Positions 1 to 9,548 of a DNA stretch of 64,000 bases are shown piece after piece; positions within the stretch are counted from its first letter, which is position 1; each line of letters begins with the position of its first letter. The stretch lies in assembly GCA_016188425.1 (NCBI GenBank), contig JACPHX010000009.1, positions 3,582 through 67,581 of the forward strand, given 5' to 3'. The notes beneath the pieces were generated by a model. It was not told where the DNA came from. It did no database searches and worked only from the letters and a program-made list of their open reading frames with translations. The DNA comes from Candidatus Uhrbacteria bacterium. GTDB taxonomy: Bacteria > Patescibacteriota > Patescibacteriia > UBA9934 > GWF2-40-263. Position numbers and translations under genes: made by a program.

Positions 1-180
1 GGCACGGCGTTGCGCGGCACGTTCATTATCGATCCGGAAGGAATTCTCAAATACGCCCTCATTCACGATAATGGCGTAGGACGAAGCGTCACAGAGACCT
101 TGCGCGTGCTTCAGGCGTTCCAAACAGGAGATCTGTGCCCCGTCGATTGGCAGCAAGGAGAACAGACCTTAGGAAAGTAA
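1..180 (+). CDS. Peroxiredoxin (AhpC/Tsa-type 2-Cys), C-terminal fragment truncated by the window edge
   Basis: Frame-1 translation GTALRGTFIIDPEGILKYALIHDNGVGRSVTETLRVLQAFQTGDLCPVDWQQGEQTLGK* matches the conserved AhpC C-terminus (GRSVDE..LR..QA.Q, resolving Cys, CP.NW). Stop TAA at 178-180. Confidence 0.6.
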   Translation, partial: GTALRGTFIIDPEGILKYALIHDNGVGRSVTETLRVLQAFQTGDLCPVDWQQGEQTLGK

Positions 181-209
181 CTCCGAAAACAGGCCGTGAG
201 GAAGAGGGA

Positions 210-1697
210 TCATATCCGCCTCAATACTTCTGCCAGCGTGCGAACACCCCATCCTGTTCCTCCGTGTTTCATATACGAATTGATCGGCTTCTCGGCAAAT
301 GCAGGGCCAGCGATATCGAGGTGCGCCCAGGGTTTTCCACCGACGAACTCCTGGAGAAACAATCCGGCTGTGACAGATCCACCCCAAGGAGAGCCGAGAT
401 TCTTATAGTCGGCAATCTCGGACTTCAAATCTCGCTTATATGCTTCTTCAAGAGGAAGTTGCCACATCTTCTCCCCCGTCGCCTGCGCAGAGTCCATAAC
501 CATTTTAATGAGCTTCTGGTCGTTCCCCATTACCCCGACGACTTCTTCTCCCAAAGCGACCAAACAAGCGCCGGTAAGCGTCGCAAGATCGATAATGGCA
601 GTCGGTTCGGACTTGAGGGCAAACGTAAGCACATCCGCGAGCGTCACACGCCCCTCCGCGTCGGTATCGTGGATCTCGATGGTCTTCCCATTCATAGCCG
701 TCACAACATCACCTGGGCGAAGGGCTTTCCCCGAAGGCATATTCTCGCAGGCACCGAAGTACCCGTGCACTTCGACCGTCGGCGAAAGTTCATTGATAAT
801 CGAAAACAACCCTATGACCGCGGCTGCCCCTGCCATATCGCATTTCATGGAAAGCATGTACTTCGTTGGTTTGAGTGACAACCCGCCCGAATCGAAGGTA
901 ATCGCTTTTCCGACGAGCGCAATGCGTTGCTTCGACGCTTTCTTTGGTTTGTACGTCAGGTGAACCAGATATGGTTCATGGTCAGATCCTTGCGCGACGC
1001 CGAGCAAACCCCCTGCGCCCATTTCTGTGAGCTGTGCCTTATCAAACACTTCCATCTCTACTTGAGGAACCCCTTCGACGAGTTTCCGAGTCTCCTCGAC
1101 TAATTCTTTTGGTGAAAGATGTGCACCGGGCGTGTTGACGAGGTCCCGCGCAAAAATCGTCGCCCGTGCAAGCGCTTCCGCCCGTGGGCGGATCTTCTCT
1201 GCCAGCCGAACCAATGCGGCATCCGCGAGGGCAATCGTCACCTCTTCCGGAGGAACTCCCTCTTCTTTCTTATACCGACCAAACGCATAGCTCGCTAGAA
1301 GGAGCCCTTCGACCATGGCCGTGGCATACGATTCGAATTGGGTCTTCCCTTTTCCAAAAAAAATAATGGTCGCTGATGCGGTCTTTGCGCCCTTGAGACA
1401 ATTCATTGCGGTTCCAGCCGCCTGTCGGACGATCTCTGGCGTCAACTTCTTTTTCTCCCCCATCCCCAACAAGATCACCCGCGCGGCTCCAATTTTCCCA
1501 TCCGTGCGGATGAGGAGGGTCTGGGCTGCCTTCCCTTCAAAGTGCTCTTCCTCTGCATATCGGCTCAGCATTTGTCCCAGATGTTTATCAACAAGCATGG
1601 TCTCGGCTGGTTGGGTCTTTCCCCCGCTAAACCAAGGCAAAACCAGTACCGGCGTCGTGACGGTCTCAATGGATTCCTTTTTGAAACGAATAGTCAT
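210..1697 (-). CDS. pepA: Leucyl aminopeptidase (M17 family)
   Basis: 495-aa ORF with an ATG start at 1697. M17 signature NTDAEGRL is present as HDTDAEGRVTLADVL, plus conserved MKxDMAGAA and GxxxGxxQxxARxL-like blocks. Confidence 0.9.
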   Translation of the reverse strand: MTIRFKKESIETVTTPVLVLPWFSGGKTQPAETMLVDKHLGQMLSRYAEEEHFEGKAAQTLLIRTDGKIGAARVILLGMGEKKKLTPEIVRQAAGTAMNCLKGAKTASATIIFFGKGKTQFESYATAMVEGLLLASYAFGRYKKEEGVPPEEVTIALADAALVRLAEKIRPRAEALARATIFARDLVNTPGAHLSPKELVEETRKLVEGVPQVEMEVFDKAQLTEMGAGGLLGVAQGSDHEPYLVHLTYKPKKASKQRIALVGKAITFDSGGLSLKPTKYMLSMKCDMAGAAAVIGLFSIINELSPTVEVHGYFGACENMPSGKALRPGDVVTAMNGKTIEIHDTDAEGRVTLADVLTFALKSEPTAIIDLATLTGACLVALGEEVVGVMGNDQKLIKMVMDSAQATGEKMWQLPLEEAYKRDLKSEIADYKNLGSPWGGSVTAGLFLQEFVGGKPWAHLDIAGPAFAEKPINSYMKHGGTGWGVRTLAEVLRRI

Positions 1698-2016
1698 AGT
1701 GGGGGAAGAGTAACAAACGAGGAGAAAAGAGGAAAGATTCCATTGACAGTGTTTTTGTTTTTCCGTATATTATTGGCATTCCTTGAGAGCCAATGGGCGT
1801 GCCCTTGGCCACAAGTTTGACCTCTGTCTCCTTTGTTCCCCTCTAAGATATCTGCCTGCCCACCATAGCTCTGTGCCATTTGAGCGACGGCGGGTTATCC
1901 TTCACCAATATGAGCCGCCGCAAAGAACATCGCCAAATCTGGAAAGACGCTCGGAAACAAAATCTCTCCGACCAGCGTAAAGCCAAGGCAAAACGCTTCG
2001 TCAAAGCGAAAGCCAA

Positions 2017-2054
2017 GTAAAAAAACCACCGAGAGAAATCTCGGTGGTTTTTTT
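2017..2054. terminator. Bidirectional intrinsic terminator (ends the minus-strand Complex-I-like operon)
   Basis: Perfect 9-bp stem ccaccgaga/tctcggtgg (2026-2034 / 2039-2047) with loop gaaa, flanked by A8 on the left and T7 on the right. It sits just downstream of the NuoD-like gene stop at 2098. Confidence 0.7.
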
Positions 2055-2097
2055 ACCCTCCCTTTCCAGCCCTTTCTTGCCCTTCCTGCCCCCTCTC

Positions 2098-3663
2098 CTA
2101 CATATCTGTCCCCGAGTACGACAAATTGAGCGACTTATTGCACAGCGGGAAATCTGGGACGATGTTCCCTGGACCAATCTCCCCGAAGAGCGCCCAGTTG
2201 CAGAATGAGGGGTCGCGTGGGAAACAGCGGTCGATTTTCCCGTCTTTGAGGCGGACGGCCACGAGAACTTCGCCACGCCAGGATTCGACGGCGCCTAGGC
2301 CGGAACCGTTTTGGGCGAGGCAGGGCACCAGGACGCCACCACTCCCCTTCTCTGTGAGCAATCGACGGACGATGTCCATGGAGGTCTTGATCTCCTCGAT
2401 GCGCATCGTAAAGCGCGCGTGGACGTCTCCAGCGGTTTGGGTGATGATTTGTGGAACCAAATCAGGCATCGATCGGAACGCGGCGTATGGATGGTCGCGG
2501 CGGACGTCGATGTCTACGCCAGAAGCGCGAGCGGGGACGCCCAAAGCGCCGTAAGCGATGGCGGCTGCCTTTGAAAGAACCCCTGTCGTTTCCAGACGTT
2601 CAAGGAATGCATCGGAGGACATCGCAAGAGATAGGACGGATTGCATCTCTTCCGTGGCTTCCTTAACCACCGTCAATATTTGCTTCTTTTCCTCTTCCGA
2701 GAGTATTCGTTTTGCGCCTCCTGGAAGGATTTGCCCCCGCCAGTAGCGATTGCCAAACAAATCCATCGAAAGTCTCATCAAACGCTCCTTGATACGGAAT
2801 CCGCTGGCGGCCACGTACGAAAATCCCGTTCCCATCCCCCCCATGTTCGCGAGGTCGTGGATGTGCATCGTCAGGCGTTCAAGCTCGACGAGCAGAGTAC
2901 GCAACAACTGCGCTGGTTTTGGGACTTCACATCCTGCAGCGGCCTCGACGGCCTCGCAGAACGCCAAAGCGTTCGCGGCTGCCATATCCCCGCTCAACCG
3001 TTCTATAAATGGCAGCGCCTCCATAGGCGTCTTCCCTTCCAACAGTTTCTCAACGCCCTTATGCGTGAAAAACAGCTTGCCTTCCAAAGTAATGATCCGT
3101 TCGCCAGCGACATTGAAACGGAAATGCCCAGGCTCGATGATACCCGCATGAATGGGTCCGACCGGAATTTCATAGATACCTTCCCCCTCCACGTGATGCA
3201 TGGGATAGGGAACATCTGCGTGGTCGAGCTTGGTATTCCAAGCGAATCCTTTGCGTAGCGGGTAGGTTCCCTCGGGCACATTCTCGTGATGAACCAGCCG
3301 GCGCGGATCCGGGTGGCCGACGGCTTTGAGGCCGAACATGTCTTGCATGTAGCGCTCATACCAGTGCGCGGCCATGACGGTCGGCGTCAGGGATGGATAC
3401 TCGGGCTTGGAAAATGGCACGGTGGTCGAGACGACAAGCCAGCCATGGCTCGCGACATGGGAAAAGACGGCGTGCATGCCGAAATCGGAGGCAGGCGATT
3501 CTTGCGTCGCATACAAGAGCGAGAGCGGAAGATGGAACTCCGATACCAAACGGGTCGCGAGCGGAGCAAGTTGCTCGGCGGTGACGGTGGCACGCGTCAG
3601 CTGTGGCGTCTTGGCCGTTGATTTTACACCGACGGCCGCGAGGATATGTTCGATCGTCATCAT
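2098..3663 (-). CDS. Fused NuoC-NuoD / hydrogenase large-subunit homologue lacking the [NiFe]-binding cysteines (EhrL-like)
   Basis: The NuoC-like N-terminus (MMTIEHILAAVG...) is fused to a NuoD/HycE-like domain. The N-terminal RxCGxC motif is replaced by RLSGDM, and the C-terminal DPCxxC by DPSFCNW. The start is taken at ATG 3663 (MMTIEH), which overlaps the upstream gene's stop. The ORF-track start at 3789 would overlap the neighbouring gene. Confidence 0.7.
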   Translation of the reverse strand: MMTIEHILAAVGVKSTAKTPQLTRATVTAEQLAPLATRLVSEFHLPLSLLYATQESPASDFGMHAVFSHVASHGWLVVSTTVPFSKPEYPSLTPTVMAAHWYERYMQDMFGLKAVGHPDPRRLVHHENVPEGTYPLRKGFAWNTKLDHADVPYPMHHVEGEGIYEIPVGPIHAGIIEPGHFRFNVAGERIITLEGKLFFTHKGVEKLLEGKTPMEALPFIERLSGDMAAANALAFCEAVEAAAGCEVPKPAQLLRTLLVELERLTMHIHDLANMGGMGTGFSYVAASGFRIKERLMRLSMDLFGNRYWRGQILPGGAKRILSEEEKKQILTVVKEATEEMQSVLSLAMSSDAFLERLETTGVLSKAAAIAYGALGVPARASGVDIDVRRDHPYAAFRSMPDLVPQIITQTAGDVHARFTMRIEEIKTSMDIVRRLLTEKGSGGVLVPCLAQNGSGLGAVESWRGEVLVAVRLKDGKIDRCFPRDPSFCNWALFGEIGPGNIVPDFPLCNKSLNLSYSGTDM

Positions 3664-5174
3664 ACGGTGGAAGTAATGAGCTTGGCGACTCTTGAAAGAA
3701 CCTGGAATCCTTCGGCGGTGAAGAACCAATAGCCCAGTGCCACAAGCAGCACCACATGAACAGCCATCACTCCGTGCGTGATGCGCCACCCTTCAGGATG
3801 TGCGGCTTCACGGCTTGGTTCGTGTGATTCTGTCCCAAGCATCGTTGGATCAAACAGCATCGCAAAGGTCGCGCGCATCATCCCCACAAAGGCGAGAACC
3901 AACAGGAGCATGAAAATGAAGGTTATTGGTTTATTGAGGTTGATACCAATGGCGACGAGGAAATATTCGCTTGCAAATAGCGGGGACAAAGGGACGGCCA
4001 GGAGGGCAAGCATCAAGGCGAGGAACAAACCGGCCGTGCGTGTGTCCGTGCGCATGAGGCGCGGGAGCAGGTCGATCTTGGTCGTCTTGTAGCGCAACAG
4101 CCATTCCCCTGCCCCAAAGAAAAGGCCGGACTTGGCAAGGGTGTGTCCCGCCATGTGCATCAGCATCGGCACGACGCCAATGGGGCCCAGGCCCACACAG
4201 ATTGCCATGAGGCCCATGTGCTCCACGCTCGAGTACGCAAGCAGGCGCTTGTAATTGCGAAGTCCCAGGAAGATGAATGCAGGCAAGGCGACGGAGAGAA
4301 GGCCAAAGACGAGAAAGAAACGCTCGGTCCACCAAGTCTGGTTTAATGAAAAATCAACCAAATCCTTGAAACGGAGTATCGTCACGAAGGCACAGTTGAG
4401 GAGCGTCCCCGAGAGGAATGCGGAAATTGGGGACGGTGTTTTGCTGTGCGCGTCCGGGAGCCAGGTATGCATTGGGACGAACCCGACTTTTGTCCCGATC
4501 CCGATAAAAAGAAAGACGAACGCCCAGCGCATCAGGTCTGGAGAGAGACTTCCAGCTGAAGCGCGGAGTGCCGCCAGATTGAATGCCTCTTGCGGCGAGA
4601 GGCCGGCCTGGGTCGCCGCGAAGCCAACCATGAGGACGCCGATCAGCCCCAAAGCAATGCCTGTCGAACAAAGCAGGACATACTTCCATGCCGCTTCGAC
4701 GCCCCCCTCTTTTCGATAAAAGGCGACGAGCAAAGTTGTCGACAAGGTTGTTGCCTCAAGCGCAAACCACAACACACCCACATGGTTCGCGACCGCGGCG
4801 AGCAACATCGAGAGGACGAACAAATGCCCCATGCCGTAGTACAAACGGTTTTTCCGCGCATCGACGATCCCTTCGACCTGTTCTTCACCCATGTACCGCA
4901 CGCTCACGAGCATCACGCTCGCGTACAAGACGGAGACCAGGAGCAAGAGGAAGCACGCGAGGGCGTCCAAACGCAGCACCTTGCCTGCAAAAAAGGATGC
5001 CACTTCCCCTTCTTGGAAGAATCCCCCCGTGTATGAGAGCCAACCAACGATCAAAAACGTTGCGACTCCGACGATCGCGGAAACTTGGCGCAATGCTTTG
5101 GATGGCACACCGGGAATGGCGGCCAATACGGCGCCAAGGACGGGAAAAAGGAAGAGAAGCAATTGGATAGGCAT
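3660..5174 (-). CDS. Complex I antiporter-like subunit (NuoM/NuoN / HyfD-F / MrpD family)
   Basis: 504 aa with about 14 TM segments. It carries the characteristic WLPDAHSKTPSPISAFLSGTLLNCA block of the NuoM/N/MrpD family. Confidence 0.85.
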   Translation of the reverse strand: MPIQLLLFLFPVLGAVLAAIPGVPSKALRQVSAIVGVATFLIVGWLSYTGGFFQEGEVASFFAGKVLRLDALACFLLLLVSVLYASVMLVSVRYMGEEQVEGIVDARKNRLYYGMGHLFVLSMLLAAVANHVGVLWFALEATTLSTTLLVAFYRKEGGVEAAWKYVLLCSTGIALGLIGVLMVGFAATQAGLSPQEAFNLAALRASAGSLSPDLMRWAFVFLFIGIGTKVGFVPMHTWLPDAHSKTPSPISAFLSGTLLNCAFVTILRFKDLVDFSLNQTWWTERFFLVFGLLSVALPAFIFLGLRNYKRLLAYSSVEHMGLMAICVGLGPIGVVPMLMHMAGHTLAKSGLFFGAGEWLLRYKTTKIDLLPRLMRTDTRTAGLFLALMLALLAVPLSPLFASEYFLVAIGINLNKPITFIFMLLLVLAFVGMMRATFAMLFDPTMLGTESHEPSREAAHPEGWRITHGVMAVHVVLLVALGYWFFTAEGFQVLSRVAKLITSTV

Positions 5175-5180
5175 AGCATC

Positions 5181-5834
5181 TTAGTCGGTCAATTCGCTCA
5201 AGGCCTTAGTGTCCTCCGTGCCATAGAGGGTTTGGACATGGTGGGAGAGCGTGGCCATCAAGAGGGCGCCAAACATGAGGGCGCCGAATATCCCCGCCTC
5301 CAAGAGCGCCGGCACACCGGTGATCGTGGCGAAGGCAAAGGCAGAAATACCATTCTCAATCGTGAGGAAGCCGATAATCTGGGAGAGGACGTCACGACGG
5401 AAGATTAAAAGAAGCATGCCAACAAAGAAAACCTCTACAGAAAGAAGTATTGCCTGGTTGGAAACCGCGTGTTGGACGAATGGCCAATGGGAAACCGCAG
5501 CTGCCAGCCCAAGCACCATGACTAACGCAAGCAACAAAGATGTGGTTGGTCGAACACTTGTTTGGAGGCGCTCTAGTGCATGGCTCTTGCGCACGGATCG
5601 TGACAGAATCCACGGGACGAAGGCGACCTTCACCAGCACGGTGAGCGCCGCGACCGCCCAAAAATGTATCTCCCCACCTTGCCAAGCTAACACCGCGGCG
5701 TACACCGCCAGCATCAGCGAGGCAAACGCGTACAACCTAAGGATACTTCGTAACCGTAGCGTCACGATGCACATGAGCGAGGCGAGTAGGCAAAGCCCAA
5801 GGGCTATGAACTGGATCGCAACAGGAGAAATCAT
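5181..5834 (-). CDS. Small membrane subunit, HyfE/NuoK-like
   Basis: 217 aa and fully hydrophobic. Its size and position between the NuoH-like and NuoM-like genes match hydrogenase-4 component E. Confidence 0.55.
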   Translation of the reverse strand: MISPVAIQFIALGLCLLASLMCIVTLRLRSILRLYAFASLMLAVYAAVLAWQGGEIHFWAVAALTVLVKVAFVPWILSRSVRKSHALERLQTSVRPTTSLLLALVMVLGLAAAVSHWPFVQHAVSNQAILLSVEVFFVGMLLLIFRRDVLSQIIGFLTIENGISAFAFATITGVPALLEAGIFGALMFGALLMATLSHHVQTLYGTEDTKALSELTD

Positions 5835-6766
5835 ACGATCAGAGTGATAATGAGGCCGGCGACGCCAAGGACAAACGCATACGCGAGGTATTCCTGCATC
5901 CGGAAGAACCGCATTTTGGCGATAGAGGTTTCAAGCAAGGCCAACGCTCCCCCAAGAACGATCAGCTTTACCACGAGCGCTCCTACCGCCATCCCCAGGC
6001 CGACGAGTGTATAATCGACACCCGCAAGCAAGTAGGTGCTTGGAAGCAAGAAAGAGCCAATAAGGAGAACAAACACCGTAAGTTTCGTCCAACTTGCAAG
6101 CTCAAGGAGTGCAAGATACGGCCCGGAATATTCTAGAATCATCGCTTCATGAACCATCGTCAGCTCCAGGTGGGTTGCTGGGTTATCGACGGGGTAGCGT
6201 GCATTTTCCGCCAATGACACCAGCACAAGTGCGGCCAGAGAAAGCGCGAGACCCGGGTGCACCACCCATCCCACGACTCCGTTTCCAATCATAAGACTCA
6301 CCATAGCGGTTCCGCTCCCAAGACCGAAACCCGCGAGCGTGACAAAAAAGGCTGGCTCAACGAGAGCCGCAATGGTCATTTCGCGGCTGGCTCCCATGCC
6401 GCCAAAGGCGCTCCCGCTATCGAGGCCACCCAAGACAAGGAAGACGGATCCAAGGGCAAGGATCCCCGAAATGAGGACAAAGTGGGAAAGCGGGCTGATC
6501 CCCTCAAGGGTCAACAACGGCAGGACGGCGGCGGCGAATACTGTTGTTCCGAGAACGACGAATGGGACGGTGCGAAACACCCAAGACGCATTTGTCGAAA
6601 AAACGATCTCCTTCTTCATGAGGGTGAGGAAGGTGTAGTAAGGCAACAGTGGCGAAGCACCGTGGCGTCCTTGCAGACGCGCTTTGCAGAGGCGCACCCA
6701 TCCGATAAGGAAAGGCGCGACCAGGATGACGAGGAATGCTTGGATAATGGCAAAGATGATCATCAT
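5831..6766 (-). CDS. NuoH/HycD/HyfC-like membrane subunit
   Basis: Start taken at ATG 6766 (MMIIFAIIQ...), a 4-nt overlap with the upstream gene. Motif GWVRLCKARLQGRHGASPLLPYYTFLTLMKKE is typical of NuoH/HycD. The 5' extension in the ORF track (to 7123) is an R/P-rich read-through into the neighbouring gene and is rejected. Confidence 0.8.
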   Translation of the reverse strand: MMIIFAIIQAFLVILVAPFLIGWVRLCKARLQGRHGASPLLPYYTFLTLMKKEIVFSTNASWVFRTVPFVVLGTTVFAAAVLPLLTLEGISPLSHFVLISGILALGSVFLVLGGLDSGSAFGGMGASREMTIAALVEPAFFVTLAGFGLGSGTAMVSLMIGNGVVGWVVHPGLALSLAALVLVSLAENARYPVDNPATHLELTMVHEAMILEYSGPYLALLELASWTKLTVFVLLIGSFLLPSTYLLAGVDYTLVGLGMAVGALVVKLIVLGGALALLETSIAKMRFFRMQEYLAYAFVLGVAGLIITLIV

Positions 6767-8760
6767 AGGGCGAGTATCAGGCTCACGATGAGGGCGAGGA
6801 ACAAGAGGAACATGTAGAACTGAACGGAACCCGTTTGCAGGCGGCGTGCCTGCTTGCTGATCCAGAAGACCAATTTTTCCATTGGCGCGTAGCCGTATTC
6901 GACCCAAATGGAACGAACTTGGAGCGAGTAGGTGCGGCGTGCCATCCAGGGATTGGTGCTGACCATCGGCGTCGCCACGATCTCTTTGCGGATACGTAAG
7001 AGGGAACGGAAAAAGAAACGGATCGGGCCCGAGAACGCGGTGGCGGTGTATTCCATCCCCGGCGTAATCGGCTGGCCGCAATCCCATTGGTGGTAGGCGC
7101 GCTCGCGACGGACATCGCTCCAAAGGCGGCGCAACGCGTAGCAGAAGAGGATGGCTGCCAGGAGGGCGAGACCGACGATGAGCGGCGAAGAAGCGTTGGT
7201 ATCGGCACCCGCAAGAGGGGGGAAGAAATAGTTACCGCTTTGGACGAATTGCACTGTCTCCAAGCCAAAGACCATCCGCACGATGAGCGGGGCGAACAAT
7301 CCCATGAGAACCAGGAGCAATGCAGGCACCGCCATCGTAAACCGGTAGATCCCCCCTGCCGGCGTGGCTGCCTCTGCTTCTTTGCTTCGAGGAGCCCCGA
7401 GCATAGAAATACCGAAAAGCCGCACCATCGCAAAGATCGCCAGGCCTCCAACACACACCATGATGATCGCGATCAATAAGAGCACGATGCTTCCAGGCAT
7501 TCCATCAAGAATGGCCTGCCATATACTTGAAAGGAACATCCATTCGCCCCAGAAAGTTCCAAAAGGAGGGAGTGCGGCCGCGGAGAGACAGAGCACAAGG
7601 AAGAAGGCCGCAAATACCGGCATGCGTTTTGCAAGACCGCCCATTGCCTCCAACGAATGCGAATGAGTACGGGTGATAATGGTTCCCGCAGACAAGAACA
7701 ACCCTGCTTTGAACAAACCATGTGCCCACACATGGATAACGAGCGCCAGCAAGGAACCAATCGCCAAGGCCTGGTTACCGCCATACATTCCCAAGAAAAA
7801 AACCCCAGCCATCGTGAAAAGCAGCCCCATATTTTCTACGCTGCTCATAGCAAGGACGCGCTTAATATCCCGCTCAAGAAGCGCATAAAGAACGCCATAG
7901 AGCGCAGAAAGGAGGCCGAATCCAACCACCACATACGCGACCCAGCTTGGAAGGAATGGGCCAATGACGAATCCAAACCGGAGAAACCCATACAGAGCGA
8001 CTTTGAGCATCACGCCAGACATCAGCGCAGAAATGTGGCTCGGGGCCTGCGGATGTGCTTCTGGAAGCCAGGCATGAAACGGAACCAGGCCGGCCTTGGA
8101 ACCAAAACCAAAGAAAAATAATCCAAATGCGAGCCCTAACATCGGAACAGGTAAATCCGCAGCCGCGGAAAGATTAATAAAATCGATGGACAATGACCCA
8201 TCCCCTATCAAGAGCAATCCTCCTAAAATGGCCGCCCCTGAAATCTGCGTCATGGTCAGATAAAACAATGCCGCTTTGATTGAGGCCCGACTACACTCGG
8301 CCATGACAAGAAACGCCGAAGAAAGGGACATCAGTTCCCAAAAAAAGAAAAAAGAAATTGAGGTTTGTGCCAACAAAACCCCCTGCATACCCAAGACGAA
8401 CAAAGCGGTCCCCGCGAGCAAGGTAGGAAGATGGTATTTTTCCCGATAATCTTCGAGATAACGAAGCCCGAATATACCGCACAAGGCGGAAACCAGGCAC
8501 ACGAGCGTGAAGAATGCGGCGCTTAAACTATCAATCGAGAGGATGGTTGAGAAAACCGCTGGGAAGGAAATAATGCCAAGAAATGGCGTGCCTCCAACCA
8601 GAAGGAACAAGAATCCAGCAAGAGCCCCGACAAGCGTACTCATGATAAATACCATTTGCGCCGCCCACTCCGCCAATCGCGACCGGATCAGAGGAAGAAA
8701 CGCGGATGCAAGAACACCCAAGAGCGACAGGACGAACAGGCGAGGAAGGATTTCAATCAT
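6763..8760 (-). CDS. NuoL/HyfB/HycC-like antiporter-type membrane subunit
   Basis: 665 aa (HyfB is about 672). Carries the HAWLPEAHPQAPSHISALMSGVMLK antiporter block. Many TM helices. Confidence 0.85.
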   Translation of the reverse strand: MIEILPRLFVLSLLGVLASAFLPLIRSRLAEWAAQMVFIMSTLVGALAGFLFLLVGGTPFLGIISFPAVFSTILSIDSLSAAFFTLVCLVSALCGIFGLRYLEDYREKYHLPTLLAGTALFVLGMQGVLLAQTSISFFFFWELMSLSSAFLVMAECSRASIKAALFYLTMTQISGAAILGGLLLIGDGSLSIDFINLSAAADLPVPMLGLAFGLFFFGFGSKAGLVPFHAWLPEAHPQAPSHISALMSGVMLKVALYGFLRFGFVIGPFLPSWVAYVVVGFGLLSALYGVLYALLERDIKRVLAMSSVENMGLLFTMAGVFFLGMYGGNQALAIGSLLALVIHVWAHGLFKAGLFLSAGTIITRTHSHSLEAMGGLAKRMPVFAAFFLVLCLSAAALPPFGTFWGEWMFLSSIWQAILDGMPGSIVLLLIAIIMVCVGGLAIFAMVRLFGISMLGAPRSKEAEAATPAGGIYRFTMAVPALLLVLMGLFAPLIVRMVFGLETVQFVQSGNYFFPPLAGADTNASSPLIVGLALLAAILFCYALRRLWSDVRRERAYHQWDCGQPITPGMEYTATAFSGPIRFFFRSLLRIRKEIVATPMVSTNPWMARRTYSLQVRSIWVEYGYAPMEKLVFWISKQARRLQTGSVQFYMFLLFLALIVSLILAL

Positions 8761-8808
8761 ATTTGCTTTGCAGAGACGCCCAAATTAGGCGTCTTTACAC
8801 GAAATGCA

Positions 8809-9342
8809 TTAACGTTGTGCGGATTTCAACGCTCGCAGGACTCCACGTAGGATCTCCGTCGGTGTAGGTGGATCCCCAGGGATCTTGATGTGGACTTGGA
8901 TCACATTTTCGACAGCACCGACGACGGCATACGAATCCTTCCAAATGCCACCCGTGCAAGCTCCATCCCCTACCGCGACGACGATGCAGGGCTGTGGCGC
9001 TGCCTCGTACGTCGTTTTGACGGCACGTGCGAGGTTCCGCGTCACAGGACCCGTAACCCACACCATATCGGCATGGCGAGGGGAAGCCACGAAAGAAAGG
9101 CCAAACCGGTCGATATCGTAGTAGGCGTTGTTGAGGGCTGTAAGCTCGATTTCCTCCCCATTGGTCGATCCTCCATCTACCGCGCGTATACGCAAAGAAC
9201 GCCCGCCGTAGAGGGATTTAATCGTCGATTTGAGCTCATGCCCCACCTGTTCCAGTTCGCTATCTTTAGGCAAAAAATCCTTTGTCTCCTGCGTCACCCT
9301 AGGCCCAAAAAACAGTCGCCCCCACAACTTCAAAAGATACAT
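8809..9342 (-). CDS. NuoB / hydrogenase small-subunit homologue lacking the N2-cluster cysteines (EhrS-like)
   Basis: Conserved SPRHADMVWVTGPVTRNL block. GSCNGCExE is replaced by GGSTNGEEIE, and PGCPP by PGDPP. At most one of the four cluster-ligand Cys is retained (in AVGDGACTGG). Confidence 0.7.
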   Translation of the reverse strand: MYLLKLWGRLFFGPRVTQETKDFLPKDSELEQVGHELKSTIKSLYGGRSLRIRAVDGGSTNGEEIELTALNNAYYDIDRFGLSFVASPRHADMVWVTGPVTRNLARAVKTTYEAAPQPCIVVAVGDGACTGGIWKDSYAVVGAVENVIQVHIKIPGDPPTPTEILRGVLRALKSAQR

Positions 9343-9372
9343 AGGTAAGATTGTTTGCGTGAAATTGTGCTT

Positions 9373-9400
9373 ATTCTATGCCCGCAGCGATTTTTGGCAA
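9373..9400 (-). promoter_or_regulatory. Sigma70-like promoter for the Complex-I-like operon
   Basis: On the minus strand: TTGCCA (9400-9395), a 16-nt spacer, then TAGAAT (9378-9373), about 30 nt upstream of the NuoB-like ATG at 9342. Phased A-tracts at 9421-9475 lie just upstream (UP-element or curved-DNA-like). Confidence 0.45.
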
Positions 9401-9470
9401 GGGAGGTTAGGCACAGGGGTTAAAAATCAAAAACCAAATTCAAAAAACCAAAAATGGCAAAATAAGTGTC

Positions 9471-9548
9471 GCAAAAAAGTGCCAACGCTCGGCGTTAGCA
9501 GTGGAAACGCGAGTCTGTTGAGCGAAATCGCCAACGCCGAGCGTTGGC
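9471..9548 (-). terminator. atp operon intrinsic terminator (long hairpin plus U-run)
   Basis: 16-bp perfect inverted repeat gccaacgctcggcgtt / aacgccgagcgttggc (9481-9496 / 9533-9548). On the minus-strand RNA it is followed by UUUUUU (9475-9470). Located downstream of atpC. Confidence 0.6.

Noticed and set aside
135-878. 247-aa plus-strand ORF, plus several other 60-150 aa ORFs across 135-1980
   Set aside because: Entirely antisense to the well-supported pepA gene. The sequence is R/P-rich and low-complexity, with no motifs. This is typical of mirror-frame ORFs in GC-rich DNA.
2098-3663. Considered calling this a bona fide [NiFe] hydrogenase large subunit (formate hydrogenlyase HycE)
   Set aside because: By manual alignment, both the N-terminal RxCGxC and the C-terminal DPCxxC nickel-ligand motifs are absent. 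The partner small subunit lacks its Fe-S cysteines. No maturation genes (hyp or endopeptidase) are nearby. It is therefore annotated as a hydrogenase-related (Ehr-like) homologue.
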